Source: Paramoeba atlantica (lineage: Eukaryota; Protista; Discosea). From it: a stretch of DNA of 64,000 bases. Of this stretch, positions 55,011 through 64,000 are shown one piece after another. Each line of letters begins with the position of its first letter. The stretch's first letter is position 1. The position numbers and the translations under genes were made by a program. The stretch is from positions 868,001 to 932,000 of the forward strand of contig CDRNVI010000040.1 of assembly GCA_977017575.1 (NCBI GenBank), written 5' to 3'. The notes under the pieces were generated by a model that was not told the origin of the DNA, ran no database searches, and saw only the letters and a list, made by a program, of their open reading frames with translations.

Positions 55011-56003
55011 TTTTAGGCTCTTCGTTAAACGCGGTGGTTGCTTTCAACTTAGAAGTCACTCATGCTGCGCGCTTCGCGTTGAAAACTACCGCCGCGTTTA
55101 ACGAAGAGCCTAAAAAAGAAAATTTAGCCTGGAAAACGGAAAGATTATAGCCAAAAATAGCCGAATTTCGGGTACAAATGGGGTCATTTTCGCATATTTT
55201 TGCTCTCAGAGCACTAAATCCGACATTTGCGCGTGGGAAATCACTCGCAGGCATGAATGAAAGCCTACCGAACGTATTGGGTAGAGAATACGACTCCAAC
55301 CATACCATTCTTTCGACACAAAAATGCCCCTTTAGGTCCGAAAAATACTTTTTCACCTTTTTTAGTCAAAAATGGGTCATTTTGAGGGGCGCACCACAGT
55401 TCGAAGAAGTGATACCTTGCGAAAACAACTGCGTAGAAAGCTAGTGTAGGTCCCAAACTATCAAAATACAATAGGGGAAACGATTTTGGAAAAATATTTT
55501 TTTTGTCATTTTTTTCGCCAAGTTGAATTTTTTTTCGAAAAAATTTTTCCGAAAAAATCCGAACTTGGCGGACCCGTCCTGCGGATACGCGGGGGGGTCA
55601 CCCCCGGGTAGGGGGGTGGAAAATGCGCGCCAAGACCCCGGCTACCCTTTCTGCGGTTTTTTTTCGAAAACTAATTTTTTCGAAAAAATTTGATCGACCA
55701 TGCCCCCCCCCCCTGGACCCCCCCCTGGACCCCCCCCCATGGACCCCCCATTTTTTTCAAAAAAAATTTTCAGTTTTGGACCACCGGAGCCCCCTTTTAT
55801 ATTTTTTTCTTCTATTATATTACTGTGTTCCTCTTTATATTTTCACTGTTTTTGTTCACTTTTTTTTCAATAATCGAGTGTAGAGCGGTAGTTTTACAAC
55901 CACCGCAATTATATTACTGTGTTCCTCTTTATATTTTCACTGTTTTTGTTCACTTTTTTTTCAATAATCGAGTGTAGAGCGGTAGTTTTACAACCACCGC
56001 AAT
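55010..56003 (+). mobile_element. Hairpin family subfamily 1 (copy H9), 94-bp terminal tandem duplication, fused to the Tc1 ATG
   Basis: CCGCAAT ends at 55909 and 56003; the final AT is part of ATG 56002. Confidence 0.88.
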
Positions 56004-57021
56004 GCGCAGTACACCCAGTGATCTACGTAGGCTTGTTATAGAAAAACTAAAGAACGGATTATCAATTCGGAAGGTATCGTCAGATCTACAATTGAGCGTA
56101 GGAAATGTAAGTAACATTAAGAAAAAGTACCTACCCAACTTAGTTAACAAACCGAAAACAGGTCGCCCTCGCAAGCTTACACAGACATGCTCCAATCGCG
56201 TCCGCCGCCTCATCACCAGCGGTGCAACTAAGGATGCAGTCGCGACCAGTAAAAGGTTGAGATATGAGGGGGTTGCAGATGTTTCACCCCAAACCATTCG
56301 GGTTTCCCTTCGGAAGCGTGGTTTGAAGGGGAAGAAGAAATTACGGAAACCCCACCTTACGAAGCGTCACAAAGCTCTACGTCTTGCCTTTGCAAAGAAG
56401 TATGAGCATTGGACGAACGCCGACTGGAGCCGTGTGCTTTTCACTGATGAAAGTAAGATCTGCCGTTTCGAGTCGAATGGCAGCCGGTGGGCGTGGGTGA
56501 GCTTTGGGGAAGCACTTTCAGAGCGAAATACACACAGCACCGTGAAGTACGGTGGGGGATCCATCATGGTATGGGGGTGTATGATGGCTCACGGCGTGGA
56601 CTCCATTGCTCTGGTTCATGGCAACATGAATGCTGAACAGTACGTTCAAATACTTCAACAGAATTTGTCTCCCTCCCTCCACAAGTTGGAAGTCATGAAG
56701 GACCGGATCATCTTCCAACAAGATAATGATCCAAAGCACACGAGTAAGAAGGCACGGGAATTCCTTCGTTTACAAGAATTGTGTGTCCTAGACTGGCCCC
56801 CGCAGTCTCCCGATTTAAATCCCATAGAGCACCTATGGGGCGAGCTCAAAAAGTCGACTGCGGATCATCCAGATCCTCCCGTAGGAATGTTGGAACTTTG
56901 GGAACGCGCCCAAAAAGCGTGGGCAGGCCTTCCTCCGAGTGCATGTCTTCCTCTTGTCCGCAGCATGCCCCGTCGTTTAAGGGCAGTAATTAGGGCGAAG
57001 GGGGGACTTACGAAGTATTAA
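56002..57021 (+). CDS. Intact-looking Tc1 DD34E transposase; element 3' TIR ends at 57304 before TA
   Basis: HTH, GRPRK, VLFTDESK, QQDNDPKH-34-E in SPDLNPIE; 5' TIR absent. Confidence 0.93.
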   Translation: MRSTPSDLRRLVIEKLKNGLSIRKVSSDLQLSVGNVSNIKKKYLPNLVNKPKTGRPRKLTQTCSNRVRRLITSGATKDAVATSKRLRYEGVADVSPQTIRVSLRKRGLKGKKKLRKPHLTKRHKALRLAFAKKYEHWTNADWSRVLFTDESKICRFESNGSRWAWVSFGEALSERNTHSTVKYGGGSIMVWGCMMAHGVDSIALVHGNMNAEQYVQILQQNLSPSLHKLEVMKDRIIFQQDNDPKHTSKKAREFLRLQELCVLDWPPQSPDLNPIEHLWGELKKSTADHPDPPVGMLELWERAQKAWAGLPPSACLPLVRSMPRRLRAVIRAKGGLTKY

Positions 57022-57415
57022 GTTTTGTTCATTTTGGTTTGGTAAAGGTGAAGTAAGGCAAAGTTTTGGTCAAAAAAAAATAATCTCAAAAAAGTGAAAA
57101 AAGTGTTCAAGTGTTGGGCTCGCATTATATCTTTCATAGTTTTTTATTGTAAGATCGTTGATGAAGCCTAAGTACGTGGGAATGTAAGCACTACTCCAGC
57201 CTACACTACTGTAATATACTACTGCATTATCCTCTGCATCTCTTTTGTAAAATATAAAAGCATTAAAATTTGTGAAAACATTTGAACACTTTTGTTAGTT
57301 ACTGTATTATATTCGACAGTGTACAGTAAGAATATGCACTCACCAAAGTAGTATCTCATAATACGTACTAAAATACTAGTTAGACTATGAGAACCGCTTC
57401 GTTGTTTTGAACATA

Positions 57416-57997
57416 CAGGGGTGCGAATCTAAAGGCGGGGGGGGTCTAAAATTCATAAAAGTTGTCCAATTTTGGAAAATAATAGCGCATTGGATAGCTC
57501 TCACAGAGTTGTATGTTTTAGGATAGGTAGCTTCCGGGGTTTGGGGGATACCCCCCTTTCATGTAAGGGTCAAAAACACATATTGCAAAACTTTAGTGGT
57601 GTCAATAATTTCTGTAATTTGGATTGCAAAAGACAGTTAGTAACCACAGTGACCCCCGTTCCGACTAACAATTTCACAACGCTTCCTGAAACTCTTCAAC
57701 GTTTTCTGAACCGTTGCAGTGTGGGTCTGTTTCAAGGAAAGACCCCTCAATAGCGGCTTCCAGTTGCTGTCAATTTCGGGTTCGAAGAAGATTTTTGTCT
57801 GTGTCCATCACAGACCACAAATTTTCGATCGGATTCAGGTCTGGAGATTTTGCAGGCCAGGGAAGAACGGAAATTCCTGTATCACGGAACGTGGCACGCG
57901 CCTTGTTGTGGGCCGGGCAGTTGTCCATGGCAATCGTGGCCGCTGGATGTCGCTTTAGATATTGAAGAAAGCCCCCACCTTTAGACCCGCACCCCTG
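57416..57997 (-). mobile_element. Tc1-like deletion derivative, TIR CAGGGGTGCG, containing a DD32E fragment
   Basis: TA flanks at 57414-15 and 57998-99; MDNCPAH...WPAKSPDLNPIENLW. Confidence 0.8.
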
Positions 57998-57999
57998 TA

Positions 58000-58739
58000 C
58001 AGGGGTGTCAACTTCCATCTAGGGGGGATCTAAAAATTGTAAAACTTGGACAATTTTAGACAATAATAGCGCATTGGAGAGCTCTCGTAGAGTTGTATGT
58101 CTTTGGCGTATTCGGAACGTTCGACTTTAAAGATTTAATTCGATGAGAAGAAAAATATTGTTTTTTCCACGTGAAAATATGGCAATTTTTCATTTTTTAC
58201 TCATTTTATCCCACGAAAACGAGTTTGCTCAAGGATACCCCTGGTGTTTTGATCGCGCGTTCCGATGCTTTTCCAGGGAAGATTAAAGAATGTCACAGAA
58301 TGCTTCTTGTCGCAGACTTCGAGAAAACACAGACTTATTCGCGGACTTGCCCAAATTTTTGTCCCCGAGGTAACTTGAAACACTGGATGGAAGGTTTCAT
58401 GTTTTTAATGATAAGCGTCACACAAAAGACAAAGTTAAGTTTGAGAATACGTTGAAAAACTTTAAAAAACGTTGTAGAATCGACGTTGTGGATGCTACAT
58501 GGGCTTGAGAACAACGGGTGTTAAAAAACTGAGATTTTTTCGTCATTTCTTTAAGTGACAATTCGCATTTTTGGTCTATTCGGCATTTGATATGATAAAA
58601 GCTACCAGTGCAAAGACATACAAGTCTGCGAGAGCTCTCGAATGCGGTATTATTTTCCAAAAATTGAAAAAGTTTTACAAATTTTAGACCCCCCCTAGTC
58701 TAGGCTTCCAGCTAGGCTAGATGGAAGTTGACACCCCTG
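58000..58739. mobile_element. Related MITE, TIR CAGGGGTGTCAACTTCCATCTAG, sharing a TA with its neighbour
   Basis: 23-bp inverted ends; TA at 57998-99 and 58740-41. Confidence 0.85.
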
Positions 58740-58860
58740 TAAGTTGCATTGAAGGAGCTATTCTATACTATGTAGTATGACCTATACTAAGCTCGGACAA
58801 CACATTTCCGTCGCCAAGCTCACTCTTCGGTAAGTCTCCAGTTACGCGGCATACTTCTGA

Positions 58861-59676
58861 CTATTTTAGAACTATATCTGTGCCCTGAAAAAGAAGAAGC
58901 TCCATACTCTCGTTAATGGATTGATCAATTTCACCATAAAGCTCAGTGTTCCCATCCACGCGAAGCGTTTTCAACGTTACAGGTAATTTGTCAAACTGCA
59001 CGAGACCACTGAAGCAGTTGCGTTGACAATATATCTTTTCAAGAGCTGGAGGTAAATGCTGCAGTCTTAGCAACCCCGTGAATTTGTTATTTGCTATATT
59101 AAGTTGAATGAGTTTGAACGGCAGGTTCGTCGTATCAATATCCCCGGAAAGAAGATTGCCCCCAATATTTAAAATTTCTAAGTTCTCTGGAAGATCGGCT
59201 AAATCCACGCTTCCCTCGAACCTGTTCGAATTCAATTCCAATAGACGTAATGCGTGGGGCAAATGGCCGAAGTCTAGCCCACCAGAATGCTCGTTCCATC
59301 CAAGATCCAATTCCATAAGCAGTGGCGGCAGTACGTCGATTGGCAATGTTCCTGTAAGCTTCCACATGCTAAACCTTTGGAGAGTTTCCGGAAGCCATTG
59401 CCATTGTAGTGATCCGTGGTATTTCGTGTACCGTGTATCGATTTTTTTGATGTGCTTTCCATCATCACAAGTCACACTTTGCCATTCACACGCAGGAGTC
59501 AATGTGCTCCAGGAGGTGTGGGGATTTTTGATATCTGCCATAAGCTTTGCAAGCTGATATTCCTGTGGAAGATTTGCCCCTCGTACTTTACCAGCAGACC
59601 TGTGTTGAACATCTGCGCTTCGAACTACGGAACGAAGCACGACGGTACATTCCAAGCCTGTGAATGTTCCGTACAT
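58861..59676 (-). CDS. Short LRR protein (close paralog of 38206-39021)
   Basis: Same length (271 aa) and scaffold. Confidence 0.9.
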   Translation of the reverse strand: MYGTFTGLECTVVLRSVVRSADVQHRSAGKVRGANLPQEYQLAKLMADIKNPHTSWSTLTPACEWQSVTCDDGKHIKKIDTRYTKYHGSLQWQWLPETLQRFSMWKLTGTLPIDVLPPLLMELDLGWNEHSGGLDFGHLPHALRLLELNSNRFEGSVDLADLPENLEILNIGGNLLSGDIDTTNLPFKLIQLNIANNKFTGLLRLQHLPPALEKIYCQRNCFSGLVQFDKLPVTLKTLRVDGNTELYGEIDQSINESMELLLFQGTDIVLK

Positions 59677-59926
59677 TATGAAATGAAAACTGTCTTCGAC
59701 CTAGAACTCTCAGAAGGTATAAAATGAAAAATAAAAAGAAGATCGTACATTCTTGAATCACAAGTTTGCGTAATACAACAAGTCCCGATATCCCAATAAA
59801 TTGGAGAGTGGTTTAAAATGAAAAAGTTGAAAACTCCGATCACATCTCTTTCACTGGATTGGAAAGACAGCGAAAGCTGTTGTTTTAACATATCTCCCTA
59901 GCCGTTCAGAATGCAAGCATCCTTCT

Positions 59927-60685
59927 CTAATCAATTTTGTTTATACGCGAGGATACGATATTTATCTTTCCATTCCATATATGACATTTTAACACTCCTC
60001 CCAAGTTTTTGTTGTACGAAACATCAAGCGTTCGAAGCCCTGGCTTGAGATAATCAAGATCAACGTCACCACTGAATTCATTGTTGCACAGACGCAATAT
60101 CTCTAGAGAAGACGGGAGCTCCGTGAGGTTGGGATTCCCATTCAACTGATTCCAACTCAGGTCGAGCTCCCTCAAGGCGGGCGGTAGCTTTGTTAGGTCG
60201 ACGTTTCCCGTAAATTTATTACGGTCCAGCAACAGTTCCGTGAGACTCTCCGGCAGCGACGTCAAGTCCAACGTGCCCTGAAATTCGTTATGCCGGAGTG
60301 CTAATTTCTGCAAGTTCCTGGGCAACGAGAGGAGGTGTGCCTCCCCGGTAAAGCGATTGTCTCTGACATCGAACCTTATCACGGACACGGGGAGGTGGGA
60401 GAGGTACAGGGGACCATGGAACACCATTTTCTTCCACGCCACGGAGCTCACACTCCAGTCAATGTCCATGACGCCCCCGGAGAAACCCTCGCAGGTGACG
60501 CCGTACCAAGCCCAGGCGGGAGTCACGTTACTCCAGGAGGGGTGGGGGTCCTTCACGTCGCGTATAATGCGTGCGAGTTCGTATTCCTGTGGCATCGCGG
60601 GTCCCCGAACCTTCGCGGGGCGTCGTAGGGGTTGAGCGGGTGATGGATCCACAGCCAAGAGAGTGGAAGCCAAGCGGGGCGGCAT
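59927..60685 (-). CDS. Short LRR protein
   Basis: AKVRGPAMPQEYEL cap, AWYGVTC, LRR units; GC-rich 5' half. Confidence 0.88.
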   Translation of the reverse strand: MPPRLASTLLAVDPSPAQPLRRPAKVRGPAMPQEYELARIIRDVKDPHPSWSNVTPAWAWYGVTCEGFSGGVMDIDWSVSSVAWKKMVFHGPLYLSHLPVSVIRFDVRDNRFTGEAHLLSLPRNLQKLALRHNEFQGTLDLTSLPESLTELLLDRNKFTGNVDLTKLPPALRELDLSWNQLNGNPNLTELPSSLEILRLCNNEFSGDVDLDYLKPGLRTLDVSYNKNLGGVLKCHIWNGKINIVSSRINKID

Positions 60686-61261
60686 AAGTCGAGAAAAAAA
60701 GATTTGAAGACATGAAAAAATAGAGTTTTCAAAGCCATGCGCTCAAAAATCACCGGCGAAAACTACTTTAAAGTCACCAAACATTATCTTAATTTTGTAT
60801 AGAAATTCATAGATTTTGAATTGATAGAACCCTCTTTTTTGCCTCTACACAGGAATAGTATCGTCGACCCCCGGTAAGAAAATCGATTTGGGACCAAAGT
60901 GACCGAACCTCTCTTACTCCCTCACGTAGCCTCCTGCGTACCCTCGCCCAGCCACCCCTCCCCGCTCAACCATCTCCCCTCGCCCAGCGACCCTCACCCC
61001 TCAAGTCATCCCCACCCGCTCTGCCTTCCCAGCCATCCACCCTCCCAAGCCAAATCTCTTATAAATCTAAAAATCGGTGAAGCACCTTTACCTGAGAATT
61101 AGGAGCTCATCGGACAAAAAAATCGGTTTGATCCGAGGTTAGATGGTTCTACGGGAAGGTAAAGCCCTTGGTTGCCTGATAATGTCAATGAAAAAGATCG
61201 CTCCCCATTTTGAATTCGGGTAAGAGCAGAAGAATCAAAAGTATGGGCCTCGATTTTGTTT

Positions 61262-62236
61262 CTACTTCAGAACAACCGGTACGTCGCCTACCTTCTTTTC
61301 CGTTTCTAGCACTGTCCGTTGCATTTCCTCAAAGCATTTCATTGTAATAGACCTCAAGGAATCGGCGGTCTCCTTTAGCACAAGACCGGAAGAGGTGCTG
61401 AGTGTGGTGTCTGAAACCGTGTTCGTCGTACTCAGTTGCAGTGTTCCTTGGTCCCCTGCGGAAGCTAACCCTGCATCGATAGGAATCGAGCCCAGATAGG
61501 GGATGCCACAGATACTCGCCAGTTGCCTTCCTCCATTTTCCCCGAACACCGGGGTACAGTGCATGCAGTGCGGGCAGCGGTACCCACTCATATTCTCCAC
61601 CACCCCGAGCACCTTCACCTCCAACTTCTCACAAAAGCACAACGTTTTCCTCACATCATCGATCGCTACGAGCTGCGGGGTGGAAACGACCACCGCCTGC
61701 ACGCTCGGATGTCCCGCCGCACGTAATATTTCACAAAGCGTAATGTGTTCATCACTGGTGCCCGGCGGGGTGTCGACCACCAGCACATCCAGGTCCCCCC
61801 AGCGCACGTTAGCGAGAAATTGCCGAATCATCCCATCCTTACGCGGTCCTCTCCACACCACCGCATCTCTCCCGCTGGCCAGCAGGAACCCTAAGGACAC
61901 GACACGCACCACAGGAGTGGTGGTGCTTGACGGATCAACGGTGTGGGGCGTAGGCAGGGCTATTTCATGGGGCATCCACTCGCCGTTGACTTCTCGGATC
62001 TCGCCTCGCTCTGAGAGCCCCATGAGTGTAGGAATACTTGGACCACACAAGTCAATGTCACATAAACCTACACGAAGCTGATAGGTGGTGGCAAGAGAGA
62101 GGGAGAGGCGACAGGCCAACGTGGATTTACCAACGCCCCCCTTCCCGCTGAGTATAAGGAGTACGTGACGGATCCGTCGCAACCGATTGCCTATCGCACT
62201 GTCCATTTCAGAGTGCTTAAGAATATCAATGTACAA
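61262..62236 (-). CDS. NUBP2: Cytosolic Fe-S assembly P-loop NTPase, Cfd1/NUBP2 type
   Basis: SGKGGVGKST, DIDLCGPSIP, VWRGP, DTPPGTSDEH, ENMS..CPHC; no N-terminal Nbp35 Cys cluster. Confidence 0.9.
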   Translation of the reverse strand: MYIDILKHSEMDSAIGNRLRRIRHVLLILSGKGGVGKSTLACRLSLSLATTYQLRVGLCDIDLCGPSIPTLMGLSERGEIREVNGEWMPHEIALPTPHTVDPSSTTTPVVRVVSLGFLLASGRDAVVWRGPRKDGMIRQFLANVRWGDLDVLVVDTPPGTSDEHITLCEILRAAGHPSVQAVVVSTPQLVAIDDVRKTLCFCEKLEVKVLGVVENMSGYRCPHCMHCTPVFGENGGRQLASICGIPYLGSIPIDAGLASAGDQGTLQLSTTNTVSDTTLSTSSGLVLKETADSLRSITMKCFEEMQRTVLETEKKVGDVPVVLK

Positions 62237-62889
62237 CTAACGTCATGCTACTAAGAGACAGTGTAGCGTTTCCTCTCATTATTTTCATTTTTAATTTGCA
62301 GAGTATATTTGCAGATACACAAAGGTTACGAAAACGGTAAAATAGTACTCAAATTTACTTACTGTGACCCCCCCTTTGTAGCAGTAACGAAGTATAAAGG
62401 GGGGGGGTCTGATTTTTTCTCCGCTGTAAAAAAAACGTTCCCTTATTTTAAATAGGGGAACGCCTTGAATGCGCGGGATATCTCTTCAATATTTTTCGGA
62501 GCGGTACTTGCGGGACATACAGTGTACTTGCGCAGTACTTGCGGGACAGTATGTTGGCGGTGACGGGCACGTTTTTGTAATTACAGCGCAGTCATGTCTC
62601 CACATCCACAATGGTAGATACTGCGTCTTCTGGTGCTTGATACACGAGACAACGCCTAAGAGCCAACACCGAAACGGTTTTTTTCACATTCCGTACAGTA
62701 AAGCTGCGGAAGAGAATCTTGCCCAGACATACACCCCTGTCCAGCTTCTGTGATAGAAAAGAAAGGTTATCATATTGGATATTGAATACGTATCTAGCGT
62801 CATTTTTGCGTTATCTAAGCACGATTTATACTTTTAAAAACATAAAAAAATTCCCAAAAATAAGAAAAAGCGTCTCTCTGCTTATAAGG

Positions 62890-63660
62890 ACCCCGAGGGA
62901 ATGATTGAGCTTTGGGGACGGGCCACAGTTGTGTGGGACGCACTTCCCAGTGCCCTATGCGCGTCCACAGCGAGCAACATAGCTCGCCGTATGAGAGCGG
63001 TGATTGCTGCGAGAGGGGGACATACAAAGTATTAGTTTTACCTTGTTTTTACCGTTTATTAATCAAGAAATAATCCATCTTTTTATCAAAAAATCTTTAC
63101 TCAAAAAAAGTGTAGAAAATGTCTCAATAATATTTTTCACTCAAAGGTGTTACAGGTCCTCGTAGAAGCTGCTGCATAGGTAACGGCCCTCATCATGGAG
63201 GGCCTCATGGTTAGTGTGATGGTACATACCCCTACATAACCCCCATGTACTATGACAACTATTCGTCTTTCATTTCAAAAATACCGTATACCCCCCCCCC
63301 CCAGTAATAGACCCCCCCAGTAACAGAGATTTGGCCATTTTTGGGCTGACCCCCAGTAACAGAGATTTAGCTCGAGAGGGTGGTTGGAGGGGGAGGGGGT
63401 GTTTGAGCGGGTGGGGGTCGCTGGGCTGGGTGAGGGCGGTTGCGCGTGAGCGAATGGCGTAGTTGCGGGGTTGTCTGGGCAGAAAATCAATGCACCCATG
63501 AACAAAAAAGGTCTTTTCCCACCAAAAAAGCGTACACCCCCCCAGTAACAGAGATTTGGCCATTTGGGTCCAAAATCGATTCTATTACTGGGGGGGGGTA
63601 TACGGTAGTCACTCAACAAAATATTTTTTCATAACATTGAGACATTTTTCAACGTCACTG
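62890..63660 (+). mobile_element. Tc1 3' remnant ending in a CAGTGACG-type TIR plus TA, with a nested MITE at 63284-63605
   Basis: PEGMIELWGRA...RRMRAVIAARGGHTKY* is homologous to the 56002 C-terminus. Confidence 0.75.
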
Positions 63661-64000
63661 TACTTAGAACGGTGTTCCGTGTTCCATGGAACCACAACGT
63701 ATGTATTTAATGTGTCTCTTAATTAATGTTTCCACGGTAAATCCAAAAAGTTTATAATTAATAAGAGGGCTGAAACCAGTAAAATGCAAACCCAGGCAAA
63801 CCTAGGCAAACCCAGTCAGGTCCCAAGAGAAACCAATGGGAATTTCGCGTTGAAAACTACCTTCGCGTTTAACGAAAGGCCTAAAAAAGAAAAACCGCAA
63901 AAAGATCATGAATAATATTTTTTTTTGGGTGAATCTAAGAAAAATATGTTAATGTACGAAAAGAGCATTAAAGAATATACTGTGCTTTTCGCCAAGGAAG

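Noticed and set aside
1-64000. Bacterial, viral or NCLDV origin; rRNA or tRNA genes
   Set aside because: Eukaryote-specific genes (60S RPL9, APC/C subunit, HOP, Cfd1) are present, with no capsid or polymerase genes and no recognisable rRNA or tRNA sequence.

Overview
Eukaryotic, intron-free DNA that most resembles a kinetoplastid. This is inferred from the RPL9 and STI1 sequence style, all host genes lying on the minus strand, and three relics matching the 3' half of the kinetoplastid spliced leader (SL). A Perkinsela-like prokinetoplastid is plausible given the expanded short LRR family. Conserved genes: carbonyl-reductase-like SDR, class I HDAC, GNAT-domain protein, type I DnaJ, CDC23/APC8-like TPR protein, glycine cleavage H, STI1/HOP, RPL9 and CFD1/NUBP2. 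They are interspersed with about 10 intact and 3 broken short LRR genes and a dense, nested transposon load (Tc1 DD34E and DD32E, pogo, hAT-like with 6-bp TSD, Harbinger-like, CRE/SLACS-like fragments, MITEs, a foldback element). Most notable: (1) a 0.7-0.9 kb non-coding hairpin-ended repeat family whose ~410-bp internal segment occurs in both orientations between inverted ACTTC cores, with all four junction types present; (2) SL relics pointing to retroposition of trans-spliced RNAs, with pyrimidine tracts lying downstream of the acceptor; (3) GC-rich islands in conserved genes with a C-to-G skew flip that reshapes the proteins; (4) a patchwork-diversified LRR family. All calls are by eye; no database searches were run.
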